From Hyphomonas sp. (lineage in GTDB: Bacteria; Pseudomonadota; Alphaproteobacteria; Caulobacterales; Hyphomonadaceae), in the NCBI GenBank assembly GCA_046293975.1, contig JBKBIZ010000008.1:2059-66058 (forward strand): a DNA stretch of 64,000 nt, read 5' to 3'. Of the stretch, positions 1-8,883 are shown in pieces. A program made the position numbers and the translations under genes. Below the pieces are notes generated by a model. It did no database searches and had not been told where the DNA came from. It saw only the letters and a list, made by a program, of their open reading frames with translations. Numbering within the stretch: position 1 is the first letter of the stretch; the number at the start of each line of letters is the position of its first letter.

Positions 1-112
1 TATCTCGAATGATGAGATGGGCGCGGCGGTCGTTCTTGCAGCCTCAAAGCTCGGCACAGGGCTGATTTTTGCGGCAGGGCTGTGGGATCCAGTGTTACAA
101 AGGGTGTAATGC

Positions 113-940
113 ATGCGTGGCTTTGACTGGGTGATCTACGCCGCTGCGCTCGGCTTTATTCTCCTGGTCGTGTTCTCGCTGGTCCCGGAGGCTGAAGCGC
201 CTGCGCCACCGCCGCCCTCGATCATCGCTGAGGAAATGGGGCCGCTATTGCCCGATCCTTCACCATTGGATGAGCTTGTCGTTGTGCAGACTGGCCCCCC
301 TCAGAACGGTGTCGGGACGGCTTTTGCGGTCAATTCCCGAGGTGACTGGCTAACGGCCCGGCATGTGGTGGATGGCTGCGCCAAGGTCAGCCTGGAAGTG
401 GCGCCGGGCAATTATGTGCCGGTGGCACGCATTTCCCTCGATGAAGGACATGACCTGGCGCTGCTGTCGACCGGGCGAAGCCCCAATCCGGTGACGCTGG
501 ACCTGGCGTCCCCGATGTTTCTCGGCAGCGAGGGCTATCTCGTAGGCTTCCCGCAAGGCCAGCCGGGGGAGCTTGCCAGCAAGCTGGTCGGTCGCTCCCG
601 TCTGGTGACACGCGGGGCACGGGAATCAGACATGCCGATCCTGGCTTGGGCCGAGGTTGGCCGGACGAATGGTTTGCAGGGCACCCTGGGCGGGATTTCG
701 GGCGGCCCGGTGTTCAGCAAGGACGGCGCGGTGCGCGGGGTGATCGTTGCCGAGAGCCCGCGGCGCGGCCGCATTTATACGACGGCCCCCCAATCAGTGG
801 ACGCCTTCCTGACGACAATGGGCGTGACGCGGGAATCGGGGCCATCCGACATCTTCCGAATCCGCAATTATGGCGTCGCCTCCGACACCGCCCGGCGCCG
901 CTTGCAGGTCGTCAAGGTTATGTGCGAGGTGGGCGCATGA
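113..940 (+). CDS. Membrane-anchored trypsin-like (S1) serine protease
   Basis: N-terminal TM segment; triad motifs LTARHVV, HDLAL, GISGGP; no PDZ domain. Confidence 0.85.
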   Translation: MRGFDWVIYAAALGFILLVVFSLVPEAEAPAPPPPSIIAEEMGPLLPDPSPLDELVVVQTGPPQNGVGTAFAVNSRGDWLTARHVVDGCAKVSLEVAPGNYVPVARISLDEGHDLALLSTGRSPNPVTLDLASPMFLGSEGYLVGFPQGQPGELASKLVGRSRLVTRGARESDMPILAWAEVGRTNGLQGTLGGISGGPVFSKDGAVRGVIVAESPRRGRIYTTAPQSVDAFLTTMGVTRESGPSDIFRIRNYGVASDTARRRLQVVKVMCEVGA

Positions 941-1806
941 CCGATTTTGCAGCCCGACTCACCGAAGGTACGCGCAAGTTTGGGCCGCTCTGTGTGGGGA
1001 TTGATCCTCATCCCGGCATGATCCCGGAGATGTTTGGCGGGGATACGCCCGAAGGCATCTGGAAATGGTCGCAGGCGATCATTGAGGCCGCCGCCGGCAA
1101 GGTGGCGGTTGTGAAGCCGCAGGTCGGCCTGTTCGAGCGGCATGGGCCTGAGGGTATGGCGGCGCTTCAGGCAGCGGCGAAGGCGGCCCGGGCGGCGGGC
1201 CTCATCGTGCTGATGGACGCCAAGCGCGGCGATATCGGCAGCACCGCTGAGGGCTATGCGCAGGCCTATCTGGCACCGGGCGCTCCATTTGAGGGCGACG
1301 CTCTGACCGTGAACCCATACATGGGGCTGGATACGCTGGAGCCCTATGCGCGCCTCGCCAAGGCGCATGGCAAGGGCGTGATCGTCCTGGTACGCACGTC
1401 AAATCCCGGCGCGGCGGAGTTCCAGTCGCGCATCATGGGCGGCGCGCCGCTCTATGTGCGGGTGGCCGAAGCGCTTGCCCCGCTGACTGAGCGCCTGATG
1501 AGCCCGTGCGGCTGGTCAAACCTGATGATGGTGATCGGGGCCACAGCGCCGGAAGAAGCCCGCGCGGTGCGCGCGCTGGCGCCCAAGGCCCTATTCCTGG
1601 TGCCGGGTTATGGCGCGCAGGGGGCGGCCGCCTCGGAAGCGTGTTCGGGCCTCGTGAACGGGGAAGGGGGCGTGGTCAGCGCGTCACGCTCGGTCAGTTT
1701 CCCCAAGTCGGCCGAAGGCGCCGGGGATAAGGCAAGCTGGCGCCGCGCGATTGACGAGGCGATCCTCAGCGCGCGCGATGAACTGCGCCTGGCCGCCGTC
1801 GCCTGA
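937..1806 (+). CDS. pyrF: Orotidine 5'-phosphate decarboxylase
   Basis: LCVGIDP, DAKRGDIGST, TVNPYMG, LVPGYGAQG; start chosen at ATG 937 overlapping the upstream stop (ATGA). Confidence 0.95.
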   Translation: MTDFAARLTEGTRKFGPLCVGIDPHPGMIPEMFGGDTPEGIWKWSQAIIEAAAGKVAVVKPQVGLFERHGPEGMAALQAAAKAARAAGLIVLMDAKRGDIGSTAEGYAQAYLAPGAPFEGDALTVNPYMGLDTLEPYARLAKAHGKGVIVLVRTSNPGAAEFQSRIMGGAPLYVRVAEALAPLTERLMSPCGWSNLMMVIGATAPEEARAVRALAPKALFLVPGYGAQGAAASEACSGLVNGEGGVVSASRSVSFPKSAEGAGDKASWRRAIDEAILSARDELRLAAVA

Positions 1807-1918
1807 ACACCTGCTCCCGCCGCGTCATGTCTCGACTTTACACCACAAGCAGCTAGTCTTCCCGAAACATGATCCCGCGCGCCTGGAGCGCTGTGGGGCG
1901 AGGTCTGGGAGGATTAGC

Positions 1919-4087
1919 GTGAGCAAGTTTGTGACGGCCCGTTGGGCCAGCCCCGTGATGGCAGGCGCTGTTGCAGCGCTGATATTGGCAGCGTGCGGGC
2001 AGGGGCAGGTTCAGAAAGCTGAGCCGCGCGGCTTTGCGGCCGTGGATACGGCGCGCATTTCGGCCGAAAGCGCGGGCAATGAATGGCTGACCTATGGCGG
2101 CACCTATGACGAGCAGCGCCATTCCAAGCTGACCGCGATCAACAAGGAAAACGTCAGCGAGCTGGGCGTTGCCTGGACTTATGACCTCGCCACCAATCGC
2201 GGCGTGGAATCCACGCCCATCGTGGTCGACGGGGTGATGTATGTCACCTCCGCCTGGTCGGTGGTCTATGCGCTCGACGCCAAGACCGGCGCGGAAAAGT
2301 GGGTTTATGATCCGGGCGTTGACCGGGCAGTGGGCGTGAAAGCCTGCTGCGATGTCGTCAACCGGGGCGTGGCTGTCTATGACGGCAAGGTCTATGTTGG
2401 TGTGATTGATGGGCGGCTGGAAGCGCTGAACGCCGAGACCGGCGCCGTTGTCTGGAGCAAGGTGACGGTCGATCAGGAGAGGCCCTACACGATCACCGGC
2501 GCGCCGCGTGTCGTGAATGGCAAGGTGCTGATCGGCAATGGCGGGGCGGAGCTTGGCGTGCGGGGTTATCTCTCCGCTTACGATACGAGTTCGGGCGATC
2601 TGGTCTGGCGTTTCTACACGGTGCCTAACCCCAACAAGCAGCCTGACGGGGCCGCTTCTGACGACGCCTTCGTGCAGGTGGGCAATGTCACCTGGGGAGA
2701 TGAAGGCGCGTGGACGACTGATGGCGGCGGCGGAACGGTCTGGGATTCGATCGTCTATGACGAGGTAAACAATCAGATCATATTCGGCGTCGGCAATGGC
2801 TCGCCCTGGAACCGGACATTCCGCGACCCTTCGGGCGGGGACAACCTCTTCCTGTCTTCCATCATGGCGGTGGATCTGGAGACAGGCGCCTATAAATGGC
2901 ACTTCCAGACGACGCCGGGCGATAACTGGGACTATACGGCCACGCAGACGATCATCCTGGCGGACTTGCCGCTTGGTGAAGCAGGCGCGCCGCGCCGTGT
3001 GGCAATGCAGGCCCCGAAGAACGGTTTCTTCTATGTGATCGACGCGGCGACCGGCGAGTTCATCTCCGGCGACGCCTATGTGCCGATGAACTGGGCGACC
3101 GGCCTTGATGAAAATGGCCGCCCCATCGAAGTGCCTGAGGCGCGCTATTCCAAACAGCCTTATGAGCAGACACCCGGCCCGCTCGGCGGCCATAACTGGC
3201 ACCCGATGGCGTTCAACCCGGATCTGGGCCTTGCCTATATTCCGGCCCAGGAGATTCCGCAGGCTTATGCGGAAGACCCCCGCTTTGCTGCGCGGCCCGT
3301 GGGCTGGAATACCGGCGTCGATTTCTCGGCCGGGGTGCCTCCGATTGCGCCGCCGGAGGTGGTCAGGTTCCTTCGCTCGACTCTCAAGGGCCGCCTGATC
3401 GCGTGGGACCCGATTGCCCGCGCCCCGCGCTGGAGCGTGGAACACAGCAATGCCTGGAATGGCGGCGTGTTGTCGACGGCGGGCGGGATCGTCTTCCAGG
3501 GTAAGCTTAGCGGTGAGTTCGTGGCCTATGACGCGGCCAGCGGGGACAAGCTGTGGAGCCATAATCTGAAATCCGGCGGCGCCTCTGGCCCCGGCACGTT
3601 CATGATTGATGGCGAGCAATATGTGACCATCACCACCGGCTGGGGCTCTGCCTTCGCGCTGGCCGCAGGATTTGCCTATGACGAGAAAGTCGAGTCGACC
3701 GTCGGCAAGGTCGTCACCTTCAAGCTTGGCGCAACCGGCGAGATTGCAGATGCCGGCCTGTCGCCGATTGACGCTACGCCGAAGGCTGACGCGTTCGGCT
3801 CGATGGCGTTGATCGCGGAAGGTACGGTACATTATGCGCGCAACTGCGCCGTGTGCCACGGCCCGCTGGGGGTGTCTTCCGGCGTGCTGCCGGACCTGCG
3901 CTGGTCGGCGATTACGGCAAATGCCGATGCCTGGAAAGGCGTGGTGCTGGAAGGCAACCTGGCCGCCAATGGCATGGTCTCGTTTGCCGATTATGTGACG
4001 CCTGACGAATCTGAGGCGATCCGCGCCTATGTCCTGACGCAGGCGCATGCGGCGATGCCAGCGACGGAAGATGCGCCGGCTGAGTAA
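1919..4087 (+). CDS. Quinohemoprotein (type II) PQQ-dependent alcohol dehydrogenase, lipoprotein
   Basis: Vicinal CC (KACCDVVNRG), PQQ propeller W-motifs, C-terminal heme motif CAVCH, lipobox LILAAC; GTG 1919 follows GGAGG. Confidence 0.92.
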   Translation: MSKFVTARWASPVMAGAVAALILAACGQGQVQKAEPRGFAAVDTARISAESAGNEWLTYGGTYDEQRHSKLTAINKENVSELGVAWTYDLATNRGVESTPIVVDGVMYVTSAWSVVYALDAKTGAEKWVYDPGVDRAVGVKACCDVVNRGVAVYDGKVYVGVIDGRLEALNAETGAVVWSKVTVDQERPYTITGAPRVVNGKVLIGNGGAELGVRGYLSAYDTSSGDLVWRFYTVPNPNKQPDGAASDDAFVQVGNVTWGDEGAWTTDGGGGTVWDSIVYDEVNNQIIFGVGNGSPWNRTFRDPSGGDNLFLSSIMAVDLETGAYKWHFQTTPGDNWDYTATQTIILADLPLGEAGAPRRVAMQAPKNGFFYVIDAATGEFISGDAYVPMNWATGLDENGRPIEVPEARYSKQPYEQTPGPLGGHNWHPMAFNPDLGLAYIPAQEIPQAYAEDPRFAARPVGWNTGVDFSAGVPPIAPPEVVRFLRSTLKGRLIAWDPIARAPRWSVEHSNAWNGGVLSTAGGIVFQGKLSGEFVAYDAASGDKLWSHNLKSGGASGPGTFMIDGEQYVTITTGWGSAFALAAGFAYDEKVESTVGKVVTFKLGATGEIADAGLSPIDATPKADAFGSMALIAEGTVHYARNCAVCHGPLGVSSGVLPDLRWSAITANADAWKGVVLEGNLAANGMVSFADYVTPDESEAIRAYVLTQAHAAMPATEDAPAE

Positions 4088-4126
4088 GAGACCTGATCTC
4101 TTCGCCAAAACCATATGAAATCAGGG

Positions 4127-4159
4127 ACGGGGCCTTCGCAGGGAGGCCCCGTTTTCTTT
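4127..4159 (+). terminator. Rho-independent terminator
   Basis: ACGGGGCCTTC-GCAG-GGAGGCCCCGT stem followed by TTTCTTT. Confidence 0.8.
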
Positions 4160-4223
4160 GGTGTGGGGAAACCTTACGGATTTGGTGATGGCGCGCGCCG
4201 CTGGTCAGGACTAGGGTAGTCAT

Positions 4224-4763
4224 ATGCATGTAATTCTCGCTGCCCTGGCCATCCTGACTGCCGTTGCCGTGTGGACCTGGCGTCTGCGCATGGCGAAGCG
4301 TGGGCTCGATGAGCTCAGCGAGGTTGCCAGGACCGCTGCCAATGCGCCCCGGCGTCTTGCCTTCAAATGGCGGGCCGGCAAAGGCGGGATCGAGCTGATT
4401 GAAGATCCGCGTGAGGCAGCCGCCATCATGATGATGATGATGGCGCTGGCGCGCGGCGGGCCGCTGAGCCCGCTTCAGGCCGATGTAATCGAGGATGAAA
4501 TCAAGGCCCATTTCAGCTTTTCCGATCCGGAGGCCGAAGACCTTGCCGCTCATGCGGCCTGGGTGGGCGGCAGCCAGCTTCCCGGGGAAGAGCAGATGCG
4601 CCGCCTGAGCAAGCTGGTCGTGAACGCGCCCCAGCTCAGCCCGAAAGAAGTGGTGGATCTCGATACGATGCTGGTGGCGGTGTCCGAAGCCGAAGGTCTG
4701 CCAACACGCGCGCAATTGGCCCTGCTCCAGATTTACCGGGATATGGCTGGCCTGAAGACCTGA
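4224..4763 (+). CDS. TerB-like/DjlA-N-like membrane-anchored protein
   Basis: N-terminal TM segment; DPREAAAIMM..ARGGPLS and VSEAEG..Q helical pattern typical of TerB folds. Confidence 0.6.
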   Translation: MHVILAALAILTAVAVWTWRLRMAKRGLDELSEVARTAANAPRRLAFKWRAGKGGIELIEDPREAAAIMMMMMALARGGPLSPLQADVIEDEIKAHFSFSDPEAEDLAAHAAWVGGSQLPGEEQMRRLSKLVVNAPQLSPKEVVDLDTMLVAVSEAEGLPTRAQLALLQIYRDMAGLKT

Positions 4764-4800
4764 CCTTGCATTGTGCCATATGCTGAACTAGGCAGCAGGT

Positions 4801-5607
4801 ATGGGCTATGCAAAGAGGGTCTGTAGCGACAACTGGATGAATTTTTCTGTGCTCCGGCATCGGAAGTTTCGCGGGTTGCTCGTGACCTCAAAAAATTCTG
4901 GCACCCACTGGGTAAAGTACATGCTCTCTGTGGCGTTGGCGGATACCTATGGTGTCGATCGGCCAGAGTATTTTTCCGAGAACGCCGTGCGCCCCTATAT
5001 TGGTTGGCCTAAGGATGATCCTGCTTATCCGCAGCTGCCGCGCCTGGCGTTCAGCCATACCATACCACACCGGCTGGTGGACTGGAGTTGGGCGCGCGCG
5101 CTGGCCCAGCTGCCTCCCTATGCGCTCTGTATACGTCATCCGATGGCTATCCTCGCTTCTCACCATGCAAAATGGAAGTATGATATTCAGGTCAGCTGGC
5201 TGGACTATCTGAAGGGAGATCCGGCCGGCTCACGGTTTCGCTGCGATATCTACTGGATCGCCCGGTTCTGGAACCGCTGGGGTGACGTTGATGCAGCGTT
5301 TCCCGATAGTATCCTGAAGGTTCATTACGAAGAGACTGAGCGCGATCCGCGCGCAACCCTGGAAGCCATTGCGGCGCATTGGGGTGTTGAGCTGGCGCCT
5401 GATGCCATTGAAGCAGCGCTGCTTGCCGGCACCAAGGAAGAGATGGCCAAGAAGACAGACCCGGATGGCGAGCCTAATGTTTTGCAGAATCGCAAGCAGA
5501 CATTGGCAGAGCTGTTCTCCGGCGAAGCGATGGACATCTATGCCGAACACATCCGTACGCTGTTCCGGCATGATCTGGGGTATGATCTTCTCACGCCTCC
5601 GGCTTGA
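4801..5607 (+). CDS. Sulfotransferase-domain protein
   Basis: 5'-PSB-like LLVTSKNSGTHW, 3'-PB-like IRHPMAILAS, VHYEE..DP, terminal LGY; start could be ATG 4838. Confidence 0.7.
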   Translation: MGYAKRVCSDNWMNFSVLRHRKFRGLLVTSKNSGTHWVKYMLSVALADTYGVDRPEYFSENAVRPYIGWPKDDPAYPQLPRLAFSHTIPHRLVDWSWARALAQLPPYALCIRHPMAILASHHAKWKYDIQVSWLDYLKGDPAGSRFRCDIYWIARFWNRWGDVDAAFPDSILKVHYEETERDPRATLEAIAAHWGVELAPDAIEAALLAGTKEEMAKKTDPDGEPNVLQNRKQTLAELFSGEAMDIYAEHIRTLFRHDLGYDLLTPPA

Positions 5608-6283
5608 GATATCCGCTTGAGCGGCCTTCCGGGCCATAGCGGATCCACCAGGGTTCTGCGGCAGCCTCTTTTTCCAACGTCCTGAACAGCGGATCTTCCA
5701 GGATCGCGGCGGCATACTCGGCCGCTGCACCTGAGAGTGGCAGTCCGTAAGTGCGGAAGCGGGTGATGACGGGTGTGTAAAAGGCGTCGGCCGCTGACCA
5801 GGCACCGAAGAGGAATGGGCCGGCTTCTTCCGTGTTCCGCCCATGAGTCTCTCGCAGATCCGACCACATCGTTTGCAGGCGGGCGATATCGGCTTCCAGT
5901 TCGGCGGTCATCTCCGGGGCAGGCGCGCGGCCGCGAATGTCCATCGAGCAGGCTTTCCGGATCGCGGCGAAGCCCGCATGCATTTCCGAAGAGACAGCGC
6001 GCGCGACGGCGCGGCGGACAGAATCCTTCGGCCAGATGAGGCCAGGTGAGGCCAGTTCGGCGACAAATTCGGTGATGGCGAGGCTTTCCCAGATCTCGAT
6101 CCCGTCCCAGATCAGCAGGGGCACCTTGGCGGTGGGGCTGATCTCCTTCAGGCGCGCAGTTGTTTCGGGAAAATCGAGCGGGATGATCTCTTCCTCAATG
6201 CCCAGGCCCGCCTTGCGCACGGCGAGCAGCGGGCGGATCGACCAGCTGGAATAGTTCAGATTGCCGGAAACGAATTTTCTCAT
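5591..6283 (-). CDS. Glutathione S-transferase family protein
   Basis: GNLNYSSWSIRP, SPTAKVP, WESLAI, EMHAGF, FLFGAWSAADAFY; start ATG 6283. Confidence 0.92.
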   Translation of the reverse strand: MRKFVSGNLNYSSWSIRPLLAVRKAGLGIEEEIIPLDFPETTARLKEISPTAKVPLLIWDGIEIWESLAITEFVAELASPGLIWPKDSVRRAVARAVSSEMHAGFAAIRKACSMDIRGRAPAPEMTAELEADIARLQTMWSDLRETHGRNTEEAGPFLFGAWSAADAFYTPVITRFRTYGLPLSGAAAEYAAAILEDPLFRTLEKEAAAEPWWIRYGPEGRSSGYLKPEA

Positions 6284-6576
6284 GCGGGTTTTCCGTCGCC
6301 GATCGCCCAGCGAGTTTCGTTGATATGGACGTGCCCGAAGACCCCGGCCTTTGTGTAGGGGTCTTGCGCGTGAAGGGCGCGGGCGGCGGCGGCGTTTTCG
6401 GCAAAGATCAGAAAGACCGAGCCGACCATCGCGCCATCTTCGCTGAGCAGCGGGCCGGCCATGCGGCAGACCTCGCCCAGGCCAGCAGCCCATTCCAGAT
6501 GCGCGGGCCGGGTGGCAGCGCGGCGCGCAGCGCCATCGGTTTCGTTGTCGAGGCAGTGCAGACAGAAAAGCGGCAT
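6280..6576 (-). CDS. yciI: YciI family protein
   Basis: RAATRPAHL, AGPLL, GSVF, DPY motifs. Confidence 0.9.
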   Translation of the reverse strand: MPLFCLHCLDNETDGAARRAATRPAHLEWAAGLGEVCRMAGPLLSEDGAMVGSVFLIFAENAAAARALHAQDPYTKAGVFGHVHINETRWAIGDGKPA

Positions 6577-6694
6577 TGCAGGCGTCTCCCGTTTGATCTG
6601 CCGCCGCTATGGCACAGCCGGAAGGGGGGTGTCATCGGCCTTGTTGCGGACTTTGGCGGGTGCGCGCGAATGTCTGCTGCACGACACAATTGTA

Positions 6695-6722
6695 TGCTGA
6701 ACACTGTATTGATCGTTCAGCA
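6695..6722. promoter_or_regulatory. Palindromic operator TGCTGAAC-N12-GTTCAGCA (probable TetR site)
   Basis: Perfect 8-bp inverted repeat 20 bp upstream of the TetR start. Confidence 0.65.
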
Positions 6723-6742
6723 GTTTCCTGTACACTGGCCCG

Positions 6743-7429
6743 ATGACTCAGATGGACGATACTCGGAAGATGATTCTTCACGCCGCCGTGGAGCGCATTC
6801 TTCACTATGGCTACTCGAAGACGACGATGGCGGAGATCGCCAAGGACTGCAACATGTCCGCCGGGAACATCTACCGCTTCTTCGCCTCGAAGCTCGACAT
6901 CGCCGAGGCGATGGCCAGAAAGTTCAACGAAGAGGCGTATGAGACATTCGGGAAGATTTCGGCCCGCAAGGTTTCGGCCGCTGACCGGCTGCGCGAGATT
7001 TTCCATTATGAGCTCGCCCGCACCTATTCGGCGATTGATGAAGACGCCAAGATCCTGGAAGTCGCCGAAGTGCTGTCTGACGAGCGCCCGCTTTACATGA
7101 ATGACAAGCTGGCGACCGAGCGGACCTATCTGGTTCAGGTGTTGAACGACGGGGTTGCCAGTGGTGAATTCCGCCCGATCGACAATCCGGATGTCATTGC
7201 CGAGATGTGGCAGTCGGCGCTGATGAAGTTCCGCTTTCCGCAGCTTTTCTCGAAGCTGACCCTGCCCAAGCTGCAGCGTGAAATAGATGGCGTGATGGAT
7301 CTGTTGCTGGCCGGTCTGTCCCCCGGGGCGACGACGCCACCACCCTGGGACGGCGTTGAGGCGGCAGCAGAAGCCGCCTGCGCTGTGACCAGCGACATGA
7401 TCGTGAACAAAAAGCTAAACGCTGACTAG
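6743..7429 (+). CDS. TetR/AcrR family transcriptional regulator
   Basis: ILHAA..GYSKTTMAEIAKDCNMSAGNIYRFFASK HTH. Confidence 0.95.
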   Translation: MTQMDDTRKMILHAAVERILHYGYSKTTMAEIAKDCNMSAGNIYRFFASKLDIAEAMARKFNEEAYETFGKISARKVSAADRLREIFHYELARTYSAIDEDAKILEVAEVLSDERPLYMNDKLATERTYLVQVLNDGVASGEFRPIDNPDVIAEMWQSALMKFRFPQLFSKLTLPKLQREIDGVMDLLLAGLSPGATTPPPWDGVEAAAEAACAVTSDMIVNKKLNAD

Positions 7430-7480
7430 TGAACGAAATAGAATTTGTTCATTGATTATCCCTCAATGGGGTGCTATATG
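7430..7480 (+). promoter_or_regulatory. Second TGAAC-N12-GTTCA palindrome abutting a sigma70-type promoter
   Basis: TGAAC 7430-7434 / GTTCA 7447-7451; TTGATT 7452-7457, 17-nt spacer, (TGC)TATATG 7475-7480. Confidence 0.6.
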
Positions 7481-7532
7481 ATGTTCATGGGCGGCGGTGG
7501 TCGCTGCCCCACACCATCGAAAGCACACTCCC

Positions 7533-7646
7533 ATGTCCCCCTCGACCCAGGAAAATCGTCAGGCCGTTCTGTCTTTCCTCGCGGCCCTTCCCGCCACCGC
7601 CCTCGTCATGTGGGCAACCTTGCAGCTGGCACATTTCGTCGGCTGA
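7533..7646 (+). CDS. Unannotated 37-aa single-TM small protein MSPSTQENRQAVLSFLAALPATALVMWATLQLAHFVG
   Basis: ATG..TGA read directly from sequence; one hydrophobic helix; lies between predicted promoter and terminator; weak SD. Confidence 0.55.
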   Translation: MSPSTQENRQAVLSFLAALPATALVMWATLQLAHFVG

Positions 7647-7676
7647 GGCAGTTTCAATAGACGTATCGCCACGGGC

Positions 7677-7775
7677 GCTTCCCCTGCCGCCCGCAGGCCA
7701 AGACCAGGTAACCGGGCTTTCCTCCCACCCGGACCTGGCGAAACGGGCGCCCTGAGAGGCGCCCGTATTTTTTTG
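7677..7775 (+). ncRNA. Candidate 3'UTR-derived sRNA with anti-Shine-Dalgarno loop
   Basis: Hairpin CCAGGT-AA-CCGGG[CTTTCCTCCCA]CCCGG-ACCTGG directly followed by terminator; CTTCCCC just upstream. Confidence 0.45.
7743..7775 (+). terminator. Rho-independent terminator (may also stop convergent tsaD)
   Basis: ACGGGCGCC-CTGAGA-GGCGCCCGT followed by ATTTTTTT. Confidence 0.85.
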
Positions 7776-7797
7776 GATTTTTTTGTTGAGAGGGCCG

Positions 7798-8883
7798 TCA
7801 GGCCTTGGCGCCGCGCCGCCCGGCGCCGAAGACGGGGTCTGCTTTGGCAGAGACCTCGTCCAGCGGCCAGCGTGGCCGCGCGCCGGACGCGAGCCCATCT
7901 GTGGCGAGACCGGAGGCGAGATGCTCGGCCCCGGCCAGGGCGATCATTGCGGCATTATCGGTGCAATGGCGCAGCGGCGGGGCGATGAGGCGTGCGCCGT
8001 TTAATGTGGCGGTCGCTTCAAGGCTCGCGCGGATCGCGGCGTTGGAGGCCACGCCCCCTGCCACGACGAAGCGCTTTTCGCCTTCGCCCGTATCAAGTGC
8101 TTCCAGCGCCCGGCGGGCCTTCTCAGACAGCACATCGCAGATCGCGGCCTGGAAACTGGCGCAGATATCGGCCTTTTCAGCGTCGCTCTGCGCGCTTGGC
8201 GCGGCGCGGGCAACGGCGGTCTTGAGGCCGGCAAAGCTCATTTCGAGGCCGGGGCGGTTGAGCAGCGGCCGGGGAAAGTCGTGGGCTTTGGGATGGCCGT
8301 CGTGCGCCATCTTCTCCACCGCGGGGCCACCGGGAAAGCCGAGGCCGAGGAGTTTGGCGACCTTGTCGAAGGCTTCGCCGACCGCATCGTCGATGGTGGA
8401 GCCGAGGCGGCGATAATCGCCGAGACCGCGCACGTCGAGGAACTGGCAATGCCCGCCCGATACCAGCAGCAGCAGGTAAGGGAAGGGGCAGTCTTCGCTG
8501 AGGCGCGGGGAGAGGGCGTGGCCTTCCAGATGGTTGACCGGGATGAAGGGCTTGCCCGCCGCCTGGGCGATGGCCTTGCCGGTCATGAGGCCCACGAGCA
8601 CGCCGCCGATCAGGCCGGGCCCGGCCGTGGCGGCAACGCCGTCAAGGTCGCTATAGGTGAGACCCGAGGCGTTCATGGCGGCGGCGACGGTGAGGTCCGC
8701 CAGCTCCGCATGCGCGCGGGCGGCGATTTCGGGCACGACGCCAAGATAGGGCGCGTGCTCGGCGAGCTGCGTGCGGATGACATCGGAGAGGAGGGTTGCC
8801 CTGCCATCCTCATAGCGCAGCACGGCAGCAGCGGTCTCGTCGCAGCTGGTCTCGATGCCGAGGATTGTGAGGGGCTTGGTCAT
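7798..8883 (-). CDS. tsaD: tRNA N6-threonylcarbamoyladenosine synthase subunit TsaD
   Basis: [55 protein letters not shown]. Confidence 0.97.
   Translation of the reverse strand: MTKPLTILGIETSCDETAAAVLRYEDGRATLLSDVIRTQLAEHAPYLGVVPEIAARAHAELADLTVAAAMNASGLTYSDLDGVAATAGPGLIGGVLVGLMTGKAIAQAAGKPFIPVNHLEGHALSPRLSEDCPFPYLLLLVSGGHCQFLDVRGLGDYRRLGSTIDDAVGEAFDKVAKLLGLGFPGGPAVEKMAHDGHPKAHDFPRPLLNRPGLEMSFAGLKTAVARAAPSAQSDAEKADICASFQAAICDVLSEKARRALEALDTGEGEKRFVVAGGVASNAAIRASLEATATLNGARLIAPPLRHCTDNAAMIALAGAEHLASGLATDGLASGARPRWPLDEVSAKADPVFGAGRRGAKA

Noticed and set aside
646-936. N-terminal extension of pyrF in the ORF track
   Set aside because: Overlaps the protease gene; ATG 937 gives the normal PyrF N-terminus
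2927-2945. Lanthanide-dependent ADH
   Set aside because: Motif is WDYT, lacking the extra Asp (D-x-D)
1853-4114. 753-aa - strand ORF (and similar shadows over ftsH, ruvB, the TonB receptors and the ABC genes)
   Set aside because: Antisense to well-supported genes
4428-4442. (ATG)5 repeat as a phase-variable tract
   Set aside because: In-frame triplet encoding a Met run in a hydrophobic helix; slippage would not shift the frame
7486-7775. Housekeeping RNA (SRP, 6S, tmRNA, RNase P)
   Set aside because: None of their hallmark sequences recognised
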